Shown: positions 37,201 through 47,230 of the stretch, one piece after another
How positions within the stretch are numbered: position 1 is the stretch's first letter
Layout: each line of letters begins with the position of its first letter
Assembly: GCA_947585795.1 (NCBI GenBank)
Contig: CANPXG010000003.1
Location: forward strand, 6,171 to 70,170
Length of the DNA: 64,000 nt
Source of the DNA: an uncultured Clostridia bacterium
GTDB lineage: Bacteria; Bacillota; Clostridia; UBA1381
Reading direction: 5' to 3'
The notes under the pieces: model-generated
Database searches by the model: none
Seen by the model: only the letters and a program-made list of their open reading frames with translations
Told to the model about the DNA's origin: nothing
Made by a program: the position numbers and the translations under genes

Positions 37201-38532
37201 TTAATCTTCTTTTACGTTAATTACAACGCCGACGGACGGCTTCGGGTAAACGCTTATGGTCGTACCCGGCAGGCGTTCGCCCACAGCGGTTATGTTCCGT
37301 ATTTGATCCACGCGGACGGTGTTTAAAAGGAACATAATGTCGTAGTCGCCGTTGTTCACGCCGCGGTAGCAGGCGTTGTAGCTGCGCGAAGCGGTCACGT
37401 AGTCGTTGTACTTATCTTCGTTTATGTGAAGTACGTCGTCGATGATCAGGTCGTTTAACGCGACGATGTCGAGTCGGCAGTACTCCTTAGACATTTCGGG
37501 GTGGATCTCCTTTTTTATGTAGTCGTTGTCCTGGAGTATCATTCTGTAGAAATAGTCGCCGCCGCAATAAGCCGCGATGCGCGTTTCGGGTTTAGTTGTC
37601 GCTATCTGATGAAGCATCGTTTCGACAAATTGCTCGTCGGACGAGTCAATGATGATTTTTTCTACTTTAAAGTGGTCCTGCGCATTGGCGACAAACATCG
37701 CTTCGTTAAAGTTTTTCGGTGTTTTCACGCCGCGGTGCATGGGCAGTACGACAAGTCCGTCGGACTTTGAGTTTGAAAGCGACATCATCATGTAGTTGTA
37801 CGGTTCCTTGCCCGTGTGGTTGGGGTTGTGTGCCTTCATATAGTTTCTGTACTTCATGCACGTTTCGTAACGCGTCTGACCGTCCGTTATGTAGAGCGTT
37901 ATGTCCTTGAAACGGTCAACGATAAAGTCAATTGTCGGTTTGTACGATATTTTCCACAGTCTTTGGTGGACGTTTTCGCCCGATTTTTCCTCCGACGAAA
38001 ACTCAACGTCCGGTTCCTCCTCCTGCAGTGCGTTCATGAGGTTATAGAGCTCTTTTTCCTGTTCCATGTAAAGACAGTTGATCATGCTTATGTCAGCGTT
38101 GGTAGCCGCCAAAAGCTCGTAATGGTCGTTCATAGAACCCTCGTGCGGCTTTTCGCACGGCATAACCATACCGCTTCCTATTTCCTCAAGTTCCACGAGC
38201 GCGACAAAACTCGTGTTTGAGTAAAGCGTGCCGCCGACGTCTATCGTCTGCTCATACATATAAATTACAGGCTCCTCGTCACGCACGAGAATACCGTCCT
38301 CGATCCACTTGTTTAAATAGTCGCGCGCGCGCGTAAAGGTGTTGTTCGACGCGGTATCGTCTTCAAACCTCTTGCCCGAAAACAAACGCGCCGCGTTATA
38401 GTCGCTCTTCGCGTAAAGCGTTTCCTTGTCCTCGTCCGAGAGGTTGAAGTACGTCGGCGATACGACCGAGCTTAAACTGTTGATTTTTTCACTGTTATAT
38501 CTGTATCCGCAAAACGGTTTTATATTTGCCAT
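37201..38532 (-). CDS. DUF1015 family protein (diverged)
   Basis: MANIKPFCGYRY, YMYEQ, YITDGQTRYET (canonical IADGHHRYE), SVYPKP. Confidence 0.8.
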   Translation of the reverse strand: MANIKPFCGYRYNSEKINSLSSVVSPTYFNLSDEDKETLYAKSDYNAARLFSGKRFEDDTASNNTFTRARDYLNKWIEDGILVRDEEPVIYMYEQTIDVGGTLYSNTSFVALVELEEIGSGMVMPCEKPHEGSMNDHYELLAATNADISMINCLYMEQEKELYNLMNALQEEEPDVEFSSEEKSGENVHQRLWKISYKPTIDFIVDRFKDITLYITDGQTRYETCMKYRNYMKAHNPNHTGKEPYNYMMMSLSNSKSDGLVVLPMHRGVKTPKNFNEAMFVANAQDHFKVEKIIIDSSDEQFVETMLHQIATTKPETRIAAYCGGDYFYRMILQDNDYIKKEIHPEMSKEYCRLDIVALNDLIIDDVLHINEDKYNDYVTASRSYNACYRGVNNGDYDIMFLLNTVRVDQIRNITAVGERLPGTTISVYPKPSVGVVINVKED

Positions 38533-38724
38533 AATTATTACCTGTGCCTTTCTGTCCGGAAAAAACTATAGATATCCTATTATCTTATTCTATATAGTAC
38601 AACACTATTCCGTTTTCGTCAACAATAATTTTTGTTAAATTTTCTTTACAGGTGATTTTTTTCGTTTTTTTCACAAAAAAGAACCGCAGCAAAATTCTGC
38701 AGCGGCTCTTAATGACCATATTTT

Positions 38725-38973
38725 CTAATATCTGTTGTATATTTGTCCCCTGTTTCCGGCATTGACTATTGTAATTATAAGTCTGTCATTGTCCATTTGG
38801 AACAGTATTCTGTAATCGCCCACTCTGAGTCTGTACTTATCTGTGGTTTCAACATGTACTATATCTCCGCGCGGTAATCGTTCAATTGCTTCGATTATCC
38901 TTATTTGCTGATTTTTGGGTTGTTTCTGAATGAATTTCAGTGCTTTCTTCTTGTATATTATTTTATATTTCAT
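38725..38973 (-). CDS. RelE/ParE family toxin
   Basis: YKIIYKKKALKFI, YRLRVGDYRILF, GNRGQIY. Confidence 0.92.
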   Translation of the reverse strand: MKYKIIYKKKALKFIQKQPKNQQIRIIEAIERLPRGDIVHVETTDKYRLRVGDYRILFQMDNDRLIITIVNAGNRGQIYNRY

Positions 38974-39176
38974 TTTGTCAGCCCCAAAATACTGCGTACT
39001 TCCTCGGATGTATATTCCTCGTCGTTGTCGATCTCGCTGTCCTTTGCAAGCATCAGGTCGTATTCATCCGATTTTTCGGTAAGTCCGTTTATTCCTTCAA
39101 GGATATTTATAACAAATAAAATTTTCCCGTCGTCCATTTTATTTATGAGGTCGATCGCCCGTTCTTTGTTTGACAT
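38970..39176 (-). CDS. Putative cognate antitoxin
   Basis: Small acidic ORF overlapping the relE start by 4 nt; ends EEVRSILGL. Confidence 0.75.
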   Translation of the reverse strand: MSNKERAIDLINKMDDGKILFVINILEGINGLTEKSDEYDLMLAKDSEIDNDEEYTSEEVRSILGLTK

Positions 39177-39347
39177 CGTAATCAACTCCTTTGCATAATT
39201 ATTGTATCAAAAAAATTTTTTAATATCAAGAGTTATTTAAATTTTTCACGTCCAAACAAGAAAATACAATTTTGACTTATATTTTAGAGGTTTTTCGACG
39301 GTTTTCGGTCAATAATAAATACGTAAAAGCATAAGGAGGTAAGAAAA

Positions 39348-39530
39348 ATGCACAAGGTTTCAGGATTTTTTAAAGGCATGGCGACAGGTCTTGTCGTGGG
39401 CGCGACGACGGCGATCATACTTGATCCGCTTAACGAGCGCGAAAGAAAAAGACTCGCAAAGAAAACGGAGGGTGTTTTTAAGAACATCGGTTCTGTTATC
39501 GACACCGCCGTCGGTATGATGCGCGGTTAA
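39348..39530 (+). CDS. Small conserved protein (YtxH-like N-terminus)
   Basis: RBS AAGGAGG; FFKGMATGLVVGA hydrophobic segment followed by a basic helix. Confidence 0.7.
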   Translation: MHKVSGFFKGMATGLVVGATTAIILDPLNERERKRLAKKTEGVFKNIGSVIDTAVGMMRG

Positions 39531-39574
39531 AATTAAGAACGGGACTGCTTTGCAGCCCCGTTTTCATTTACGTA

Positions 39575-40765
39575 TTATCCTTCTTCAATATCCTTACCGA
39601 GATATTTCGCCACCGAGTACACGTCCTTGTCGCCGCGTCCCGACAGACAAATTACCATTATCTCGTCCTTATTCATCTTCGGCACTATTTTTCGCGCGAG
39701 CGCTATCGCGTGCGCCGACTCTATCGCGGGGATTATTCCCTCCGTCTGCGACAGGTACATGAACGCGTCCACCGCTTCCGCGTCGGTTATCGGATAGTAC
39801 TTCGCCCGTCCCGTCTTTGCCATGTGCGCGTGCTCGGGACCTATGCCCGGATAGTCAAGTCCGGCAGATATGGAGTATACCGGCATTATGTTGCCGCCCT
39901 TATCCTGCAAAAACAGCGATTTCATGCCGTGCAGCACGCCCACGCTTCCTCCGGCTATCGTCGCTGCATGTCTGCCCGTTTCGACACCGTCACCGGCGGC
40001 TTCCGCGCCGTACAGCTTTACCGAAGGTTCGTCTATAAACTCCGCGAACATTCCTATAGCGTTTGAGCCGCCGCCCACGCAAGCCATTACCGCGTCGGGA
40101 AGTCTGCCCTCCGTTTCCATAAGTTGCTCCTTCGTTTCGCGGCTTATTATGCTTTGGAAGTGCTTTACGATTTCGGGATACGGGTGCGGTCCGACAGCCG
40201 AACCGAGCACGTAAAACGTGTCCTCGGCGTGAGCCGTCCACGCGCGCATCGCCTCGTTTGTCGCGTCCTTGAGCGTGCCCGTGCCCGAAGTTACGGGGTG
40301 CACCTGCGCGCCCAAAAGATTCATGCGGAACACGTTAAGCGCCTGCCTCTTCGTGTCCTCCTCGCCCATGTACACGTCACATTCAAGTCCCAGCACCGTC
40401 GCAAATGTGGCTGTCGCTACGCCGTGCTGTCCCGCGCCCGTTTCGGCGATCACCTTTTTCTTGCCCATGCGCTTTGCCAAAAGGCACTGACCTATCACGT
40501 TGTTTATCTTATGCGCGCCGGTGTGGTTTAAGTCCTCGCGTTTCAGGTACACCTTCGCGCCGCCGAGGTCCTTCGTCATTTTTTCGGCGTAGTACAGCAC
40601 CGACGGTCTGCCTGTGTACTGCTTGTGGTAGTAGTTAAGCTCCTTTACAAAATCGGGATCGTCCTTGTATTTGTTAAACGCGTTCTCCAAATTTATGAGC
40701 GCGTTCATAAGCGTTTCCGCGGCGTACTGTCCGCCGTATTCTCCGTATCTTCCCTTCTTCGCCAC
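39575..40765 (-). CDS. trpB: Tryptophan synthase beta subunit (stand-alone)
   Basis: [45 protein letters not shown]. Confidence 0.97.
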   Translation of the reverse strand: MAKKGRYGEYGGQYAAETLMNALINLENAFNKYKDDPDFVKELNYYHKQYTGRPSVLYYAEKMTKDLGGAKVYLKREDLNHTGAHKINNVIGQCLLAKRMGKKKVIAETGAGQHGVATATFATVLGLECDVYMGEEDTKRQALNVFRMNLLGAQVHPVTSGTGTLKDATNEAMRAWTAHAEDTFYVLGSAVGPHPYPEIVKHFQSIISRETKEQLMETEGRLPDAVMACVGGGSNAIGMFAEFIDEPSVKLYGAEAAGDGVETGRHAATIAGGSVGVLHGMKSLFLQDKGGNIMPVYSISAGLDYPGIGPEHAHMAKTGRAKYYPITDAEAVDAFMYLSQTEGIIPAIESAHAIALARKIVPKMNKDEIMVICLSGRGDKDVYSVAKYLGKDIEEG

Positions 40766-40865
40766 TATTCTCTTCTCCTCTCGTATTTGATACAGAATAT
40801 ATTATAGCAAATATTTTTTGTTTTTACAAGTATTTTGTGGCTTATAAATTATTTTTAAAAAAGTA

Positions 40866-40894
40866 TTGACATTTACGGTTTCGTGTGTTACAAT
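40866..40894 (+). promoter_or_regulatory. sigA promoter of tRNA-Gly
   Basis: TTGACA-17-TACAAT. Confidence 0.8.
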
Positions 40895-40905
40895 GACTGT
40901 GTTAT

Positions 40906-40980
40906 GCGGGAGTGGCTCAGTGGTAGAGCGTCACCTTGCCAAGGTGAACGTCGCGAGTTCGAATCTCGTCTTCCGCTCCA
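40906..40980 (+). tRNA. tRNA-Gly(GCC)
   Basis: GCGGGAG acceptor stem, D-loop AGTGGTA, anticodon arm CACCT-T-GCC-A-AGGTG, TTCGAAT, encoded CCA. Confidence 0.97.
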
Positions 40981-41029
40981 TAAAATTATCCCCCGATGAG
41001 GTCATCGGGGGAATTTTTTATTCTTATTT

Positions 41030-42037
41030 TCAATCAAAACGGTGACGCATTACGTGGAGCAGTATCCTTACGTAAATTTCCTTGTACTTTCCTTTCTTCA
41101 TGCACGCGCACACGGGATGCGTTATGCCGAAGCTGTCCGGCGTTTGCCTTGCGAACGTGTCCGCTATTTCGCGTATGCGCTCATACCGACGGGCGCGCGG
41201 TATTTTTGTGTGCGGATTAAACAGCGCGCACAAGCTCGAAAACGTCTTTTGGAAGTAGTCGCGGTAAATTATGTCGCGCACCTCAATATTATCTTTGTTC
41301 CACGCGTAAACTATATCGAGCATGTACCTTGTATGCTCCGCTACCGTGTCGAACATGTCAAAACGGTATTTGTCCCAAAAACGCCTGCATGTGTTGGTGT
41401 AGTACCGGCACAGCACGTCGCCGGTCAGCACGAAGCTATGCGCATGGCTCATGTAGCGCGCTATGAACACATCGTCCTCGCCGTAGCGTATTTTTGGAAA
41501 TTCTATTGCGTGCTCGCGTATTATGCTCATCTTATACAGCTTGTACCACGGCGCGCCCTGTATGCCCTCCGCGCCGAACATAAGCATCTGCGGCGCGTAG
41601 TCCGCGCGAGCCTCCTCACCGGTGCGGCGAAGTCCGTCGGTCTTTACTATCGTGCGCGTGACCTTTTTGCCGTCAAACATTTCAAAGCCGCACGCGCAAA
41701 GGTCAGCGTCGTTTTCCTCGAGCACGGTCACAAGTCTTTCAATGGCGTTAGGCTTTATATGATCGTCCATATCGAAAAAGTACACGTAGTCGCCCGTCGC
41801 TTTACGGAGCGCGAGATTGCGCGCTACGCCCGGTCCCTCGTTGTTTTTGCTGAACACCGCTATGCGTCTGTCATTGTCGGCTGCCGCGAGGCATTTCATG
41901 TACGTCTTATCCTTTGAGCCGTCGTCTATAATAATTATTTCCAAATTTTCATACGTCTGTCCCGTCACGCACGGCAGACTTTTATCTATCCAGTCCTCCA
42001 TATTGTAAACGGGTATTATTACGCTTACCTTCTTCAT
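41030..42037 (-). CDS. Glycosyltransferase family 2
   Basis: VSVIIPVYN, IDDGSKD, ARN, FFDMDD, GED. Confidence 0.92.
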   Translation of the reverse strand: MKKVSVIIPVYNMEDWIDKSLPCVTGQTYENLEIIIIDDGSKDKTYMKCLAAADNDRRIAVFSKNNEGPGVARNLALRKATGDYVYFFDMDDHIKPNAIERLVTVLEENDADLCACGFEMFDGKKVTRTIVKTDGLRRTGEEARADYAPQMLMFGAEGIQGAPWYKLYKMSIIREHAIEFPKIRYGEDDVFIARYMSHAHSFVLTGDVLCRYYTNTCRRFWDKYRFDMFDTVAEHTRYMLDIVYAWNKDNIEVRDIIYRDYFQKTFSSLCALFNPHTKIPRARRYERIREIADTFARQTPDSFGITHPVCACMKKGKYKEIYVRILLHVMRHRFD

Positions 42038-43224
42038 ACGCGTTCACCTCTGTCAGCTATCTCCTTTATCGCGGCAAAATTACGCTCGCAGTTACGCGTG
42101 TCGCGAAGCGTGAAAAAGCCGTTTATTCTGTCAAGGTATTCTTCCGATACGCGCGCGCCGTTTTCAAGTATCGTCTGTAATTCGTCGAGCACGTCGTCCT
42201 CGGTGTAAACGACCTTGCCGAAAGCGTCCGTCTTGTACGAAAAATACCCTTCGCCGTAGTGGTTTTCACGGAAGCTTTTTTCGTCGAACTGGTAGAAAAT
42301 CATCGGTTTTTCCATGTACGCGTAATCGAAGAACACGCTTGAAAAGTCGGTTATGAGCACGTCGGAGTTTATAAGAAGCTCCTGTACCGTGCAGTCCTTG
42401 AACGATTTTACGCTTATACGTCCGCCGGATTTAAAGCAGTCTATGAATTTTTGCATTTCCATATGCGGATAGAACATAAGCTCGTAACCGTACCTCTCGA
42501 GAATGCTTTGCAGCCGCTTACTCGCAAGCAGCGACGAGAACGTCTTGTAATACTCGCTTTCCGTGAACGTCTTTTTGTCCGCGCCGGTGAGGTTGTAGCG
42601 CCACGTCGGCATTACGAGTATTTTCCTCGACGGCGACGGTATTTTGTACAAATCGTCGTAACGGCAAAGTCCTATCATGCGCACCACTCCGTCGGGGTAG
42701 CCGAAATTCTTTTTTATATACTCGTACTCCGGCTTCGCGGAGGTCACGAACAAGTCTATGTTGACGTTGTCGTTATAGAGGTATGTTAGATTGTCTTTTA
42801 TGATCCCGTGCTGTAAAAATATTTTTTTACCCTTTACCAGTCCCATTTTGTCAGCTCGCACAAAGAAGTCGATGTACGGCGTGTAGCCCATTATGTGCGT
42901 GCTGATTTTGACCTTGGACACGGCGAGCGCGAGAAAGTGGCGGAAGGAACCGTAGTCGATCACTTTGCCAAGCGCTTCCACTCTCGCTCTGTCGGGCGAG
43001 TCCTTACTTATCACGTATGCGATGTTTACGTCCTTATGTTTTTCGGTTATGTATTTAAAGAGATAGTAAGCGTTGTCACGCGCGTCAACGCCGCGTTCGG
43101 ATATAAGCCACAAGCCGCCGCTGTCTTTCTTCCTTACAAGCGGCGCCGCGAGCGCTGCCGCCGCATATTTGAGGGCGCAGGAAACGTAACGCGCCGATTT
43201 GTGTAAAAACAGTTTCGCGTTCAT
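42034..43224 (-). CDS. CDP-glycerol glycerophosphotransferase (TagF/TagB family)
   Basis: ARDNA, FLQHGI, MPTWR, YPH, LITDFSSVFFD; RBS GGAGGAGG. Confidence 0.9.
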   Translation of the reverse strand: MNAKLFLHKSARYVSCALKYAAAALAAPLVRKKDSGGLWLISERGVDARDNAYYLFKYITEKHKDVNIAYVISKDSPDRARVEALGKVIDYGSFRHFLALAVSKVKISTHIMGYTPYIDFFVRADKMGLVKGKKIFLQHGIIKDNLTYLYNDNVNIDLFVTSAKPEYEYIKKNFGYPDGVVRMIGLCRYDDLYKIPSPSRKILVMPTWRYNLTGADKKTFTESEYYKTFSSLLASKRLQSILERYGYELMFYPHMEMQKFIDCFKSGGRISVKSFKDCTVQELLINSDVLITDFSSVFFDYAYMEKPMIFYQFDEKSFRENHYGEGYFSYKTDAFGKVVYTEDDVLDELQTILENGARVSEEYLDRINGFFTLRDTRNCERNFAAIKEIADRGERV

Positions 43225-43336
43225 TTGCGTTCCCTCCTCCGTCGCTCGGATATTACTTATGAATATTATATCAAATATAAATATATTTTTCAATAAAAAA
43301 TATGAGTATTCGCCGTGGAATACTCATATTGATTTT

Positions 43337-44620
43337 TTACGCCGTTTCAAGAAGCTTATCTATCGTCGCAAGCTTAACGCACGTTACAAATATTTCGCAA
43401 GCCTGCTTTAATTCCTCCGTGGACGGATACGTGGGCGCTATGCGTATGTTGGAGTCGTGCGGATCCTTGCCGTAGGGGTATGTCGCGCCCGCCGCGGTCA
43501 TAATAACTCCCGCGTCCTTGCAAAGACTTACCACCTTCTTCGCGCAGCCGTCTATCGTGTCAAAGCTTATGAAATATCCGCCGTTCGGCTTTGTCCACGT
43601 CGCGATGTCGAGCGCGCCGAGCTCTCTGTCGAGCGTCGTAAGCACCGCCTCAAATTTCGGTCTTATTATCGCGGCGTGCTTCTTCATATGGTTGAGCATG
43701 CCTTCAAAGCTGCCGAAGAAACGCGCGTGGCGCAGCTGATTTAATTTGTCGTGACCGATAGTTTGTACCGTCATCTGCTTCTTTATAAATTCAAGGTTTG
43801 CCTTTGACGCGGAAATCGCCGCTATGCCCGAACCCGGGAACGTGACCTTTGACGTGGAGCAGAACTTGAATACCATGTCGGGGTTACCGGCTTTCGCACA
43901 TTCCTCAAGTATTTCAAGGATGTGATCCTGTCTGTCCTCGTAAAGATGATGTATGCAGTACGCGTTGTCCCAGTAAATTCTAAAGTCCTCCGCCGCAGGT
44001 TTGAGTCTTGCGAAACGTCTTACAGTTTCGTCCGAATATGTAATACCCGACGGGTTGGAGTACTTTGGTACGCACCAAATACCCTTTACAGACGCGTCCT
44101 TCGATACCAGATCCTCCACCATGTCCATGTCAGGTCCTTCGCTCGTCATGGGTATGTTTATCATTTCTATGCCAAAAAACTCAGTTATCGCAAAATGTCT
44201 GTCGTAACCCGGTACGGGGCAAAGGAATTTTACCTTGTCGAGCTTCGCCCATGGCGTTGAGCCCATAACTCCGTGCGTCATTGAGCGCGCCACCGTATCG
44301 TACATTACGTTAAGGCTCGAATTGCCGTATATGATTATATTTTCAACGGGGCACTCGATCATCGCGCTTAAAAGTCTTTTTGCCTCGATAATACCGTCCA
44401 GTACGCCGTAATTGCGGCAGTCAACGCCCTGCTCGCCCACAAGCTTGTGCGAACGTGAAAGCGTGTCTATCATCTCCATTGAAATATCAAGCTGCTCGGT
44501 GTTCGGCTTGCCTCGGGACATATCCAAGTGAAGTCCCATAGATTTTAATTCCTCGTACTTCGCGTTTACCCCCTCGCGCTCCTTGGTCAGCTGTTCTCTC
44601 GTCATTTCTCTGTATGTCAT
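43337..44620 (-). CDS. Class I/II PLP aminotransferase (AspT/Rv3722c-like)
   Basis: LDMSRGKP, CPVPGYDRHF, WCVPKYSNP, WDNAY, STSKVTF, IRIAP. Confidence 0.9.
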   Translation of the reverse strand: MTYREMTREQLTKEREGVNAKYEELKSMGLHLDMSRGKPNTEQLDISMEMIDTLSRSHKLVGEQGVDCRNYGVLDGIIEAKRLLSAMIECPVENIIIYGNSSLNVMYDTVARSMTHGVMGSTPWAKLDKVKFLCPVPGYDRHFAITEFFGIEMINIPMTSEGPDMDMVEDLVSKDASVKGIWCVPKYSNPSGITYSDETVRRFARLKPAAEDFRIYWDNAYCIHHLYEDRQDHILEILEECAKAGNPDMVFKFCSTSKVTFPGSGIAAISASKANLEFIKKQMTVQTIGHDKLNQLRHARFFGSFEGMLNHMKKHAAIIRPKFEAVLTTLDRELGALDIATWTKPNGGYFISFDTIDGCAKKVVSLCKDAGVIMTAAGATYPYGKDPHDSNIRIAPTYPSTEELKQACEIFVTCVKLATIDKLLETA

Positions 44621-44691
44621 TACAAAACCCTCCATACTTCTGTATTGCTATAGTACAGTATACCATATCGTCCTTTGTTAGTCAATCGTAA

Positions 44692-45738
44692 CTATTTTAC
44701 GATAAATTTGTACGCGGTCGTAAAGCTGTATTCCTCGCCTTTTTTAAGTATGGGCGACGGGTAATGGCTGTGAGCCATAGCGTTGGGGAAATACTGCGTT
44801 TCAAGGCAGAAGCCGCAGTGAACGCCGTACTTTGCGCCGCCCTTGTACTTGCCTTCCTTAAGTCCGTTCGACGTGTAAAGCTGCACGGCGCTCTTGTCTG
44901 TGCACATTTCCATGCATATTCCGTTCTCCTCGCACATTACCGACGCGCCGAGGCGGTAGCCTCTGCCGGTGAGCGCGAAGTTATGGTCATATCCGCCAAA
45001 CATCTCTATCTGCTCAAAGTCCGCGTCAATGTCCTGTCCTATGGGCTTGGGCGCTCTGAAATCAAACGGAGTGCCCGCGACGGACAGCACCTCGCCCGTG
45101 GGCATACACTCGCTGTCGTTCGGAGTGTAGAACGATGAATTTATCTGTAAAATTTGCTTGTCAACAGTTCCGCTGTCATGTCCCGCAAGGTTAAAGTACG
45201 CGTGGTTCGTGAGATTTACGACAGTGTCCTTGTCGGATACCGCTTTGTACGATATTTTGAGCGCGTTGTCCGCGGTAACGGTATACGTTACCGTCACGCT
45301 TAGCGTGCCCGGAAATCCTTCCTCGCCGTCCGGTGATACAATAGAAAGTTTAAGCGACGGTTCATCCGTGTCAAGCGCTTTAGCGCTCCAAACCTTTTTG
45401 TCAAAGCCGTTGATTCCGCCGTGAAGGCTGTTTCTTCCCTCGTTTGCCCCGACCTTGTACACGGTTCCGTTAAGCTCGAAGGCGCTTCCCGAAATTCTGT
45501 TGGCGTGTCTGCCGATAAGCGCACCGAGGTAGCCGTCGTTTTTTAGGTAGTCGTCAAGCGTTTCGCGTCCGAGCACCACGTCAGTTTTTACTCCGTTTCT
45601 GTCGATGACGTAAAGATTTTTCAATATGCCGCCGTAGGTGATTATCTCGGCGGCGACTCCTTTGCCGTTGTCGAGAAGGTACGCATGCACCTTTTCGCCC
45701 GACGGCGTTTGTCCGAAGTCCTTTTTTGTTATTGGCAT
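44692..45738 (-). CDS. galM: Aldose 1-epimerase
   Basis: GRHANRI, LHGG, NLTNHAYFNL, GYDHNF, CLETQ. Confidence 0.95.
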   Translation of the reverse strand: MPITKKDFGQTPSGEKVHAYLLDNGKGVAAEIITYGGILKNLYVIDRNGVKTDVVLGRETLDDYLKNDGYLGALIGRHANRISGSAFELNGTVYKVGANEGRNSLHGGINGFDKKVWSAKALDTDEPSLKLSIVSPDGEEGFPGTLSVTVTYTVTADNALKISYKAVSDKDTVVNLTNHAYFNLAGHDSGTVDKQILQINSSFYTPNDSECMPTGEVLSVAGTPFDFRAPKPIGQDIDADFEQIEMFGGYDHNFALTGRGYRLGASVMCEENGICMEMCTDKSAVQLYTSNGLKEGKYKGGAKYGVHCGFCLETQYFPNAMAHSHYPSPILKKGEEYSFTTAYKFIVK

Positions 45739-45864
45739 AAAATCATTCCCTTCAAAAGATACTTATACAGAAATAATACCATTTTAACGTTGATTTGTCA
45801 ATTTTTCAAAAAAACGTAAATACGCGCAAAAAAAGCTTCGGAAAATCCGAAGCTTTTTTCTTTT

Positions 45865-46128
45865 TTACGCTAATTTGGCAAGCTTTAAAGCAAGCTGTGA
45901 CTTCTTTCTCGCGGCGTTATTCTTGTGAAGAATACCGCGGCTGACGCTTTGGTCAAGTTTCTTTGAAGCCTCATTGAAAAGTGTCTTAGCACTATCCTTG
46001 TCACCGGCCGCAACTGCAGCCTCAAACTTCTTTATTGCCGTTTTAAGGGCGGTCTTGTGTGACAGATTGATAAGAGTTTTCTTTTCAGTTACTTTAACTC
46101 TCTTCTTTGCCGACTTGATGTTTGGCAC
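45865..46128 (-). CDS. rpsT: 30S ribosomal protein S20
   Basis: (GTG) PNIKSAKKR...[10 protein letters not shown]; RBS GGAGG; terminator at about 45828-45860. Confidence 0.96.
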   Translation of the reverse strand: MPNIKSAKKRVKVTEKKTLINLSHKTALKTAIKKFEAAVAAGDKDSAKTLFNEASKKLDQSVSRGILHKNNAARKKSQLALKLAKLA

Positions 46129-46288
46129 TTTTGTACACCTCCGAAAATTTAATCTATAATACCGTACCATTATACACTATTACGGAGATAAATGCAAGTT
46201 TTTTTTATCAATTTTTGATGATTTATTGATTTTAACCAAAAGGTGTTGTTATTTTAGGTGTTTGACAGTATATTTTATGTAAACTAAT

Positions 46289-47032
46289 CTACATTTCAAG
46301 CATTGTTTTATAGTAATCGAGGCTCGAAAACTGTCTGTCAAGCTGTGTCAGAACGTACCGTTCCGTAAGAGAAGCGAGGCTGTTTAATAAGTCCTCGCCC
46401 GCGTTAAACGCAAGCATTTTCTTGTCGTCGCAGGATATTATATATTCGAGTGCGCGTATCAGCGTTTTGTTTAGCGGTACGGCGTACTTACCGCCGCATT
46501 CGCGGCAGACCGCGCCGCCTTTTGAAAGGTCGAACGCGTACACGTCCTTTTTGCCGCACGACACGCACTCGTTTACGGTCGGCATATACCCGCCCGCGCA
46601 CATGAGCTTGAGCTCATATACCGTTTTGACCTTTTGCAGCAGCGTGTTTCTGTAGGCAAGCGCGTATACGCTGTTTAAAAACAGGCGCAGTATGCGTTCG
46701 TCGGGATTGTTCATTCCGAGAAGGCTGTACGTTATGTCCGCGAGATACACGCACAGCGACAGCTTTTTTATGTCCTCGCTAAGCGGGTAAAACGCGTCGA
46801 TCGTTTCGACGGAGTTTACGTTCATAACGTCCCTGTTCACGCCTTGGTAGAGGTCAAAATCGGCGTAGCACAGGAACTGGCTCGCCGCGCCCGTTTTGCT
46901 TTTTGATTTTTTTACTCCGTAGCTCACAGCCTTTACTATGCCGTATTCTTCCGTGAAAATGCTCAACATTCTGTGTCCTTCGCCGTAGTCCGACTGTTTT
47001 ACGATAATGCCTCTTGCTCTGATTTGTGCCAT
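46289..47032 (-). CDS. recO: DNA repair protein RecO
   Basis: YGEGHRMLSIFT..YG, Zn motif CVSC...CREC; downstream of era. Confidence 0.92.
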   Translation of the reverse strand: MAQIRARGIIVKQSDYGEGHRMLSIFTEEYGIVKAVSYGVKKSKSKTGAASQFLCYADFDLYQGVNRDVMNVNSVETIDAFYPLSEDIKKLSLCVYLADITYSLLGMNNPDERILRLFLNSVYALAYRNTLLQKVKTVYELKLMCAGGYMPTVNECVSCGKKDVYAFDLSKGGAVCRECGGKYAVPLNKTLIRALEYIISCDDKKMLAFNAGEDLLNSLASLTERYVLTQLDRQFSSLDYYKTMLEM

Positions 47033-47148
47033 ATTTCTTCCTTATCCTCTTGTGGCTCCTGCTTTGTCGTGGATCTATATAAAAGATACGCCTCTATATC
47101 CCCCGTGCGCGCAAATGTTTCCCAAGAAATCCTATTAAGCTCATTCAT
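46999..47148 (-). CDS. YqzL-like small protein (49 aa)
   Basis: Hand translation MNELNRISWETFARTGDIEAYLLYRS...; WxxFxxTGxIxxYLLY motif; era-yqzL-recO synteny; RBS GGAGAGG. Not in ORF track. Confidence 0.8.
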   Translation of the reverse strand: MNELNRISWETFARTGDIEAYLLYRSTTKQEPQEDKEEIWHKSEQEALS

Positions 47149-47230
47149 AGTAATACCCTCCGAAAAAATAACTGTTATCCGTATATCTTTATGTTTTTCA
47201 TTTTTCCAGCGGTTATACTGACACTATTTT

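Noticed and set aside
40906-43300. Island integrated at tRNA-Gly
   Set aside because: No integrase and no duplicated tRNA 3' end seen; GT2/TagF genes have host-like composition.
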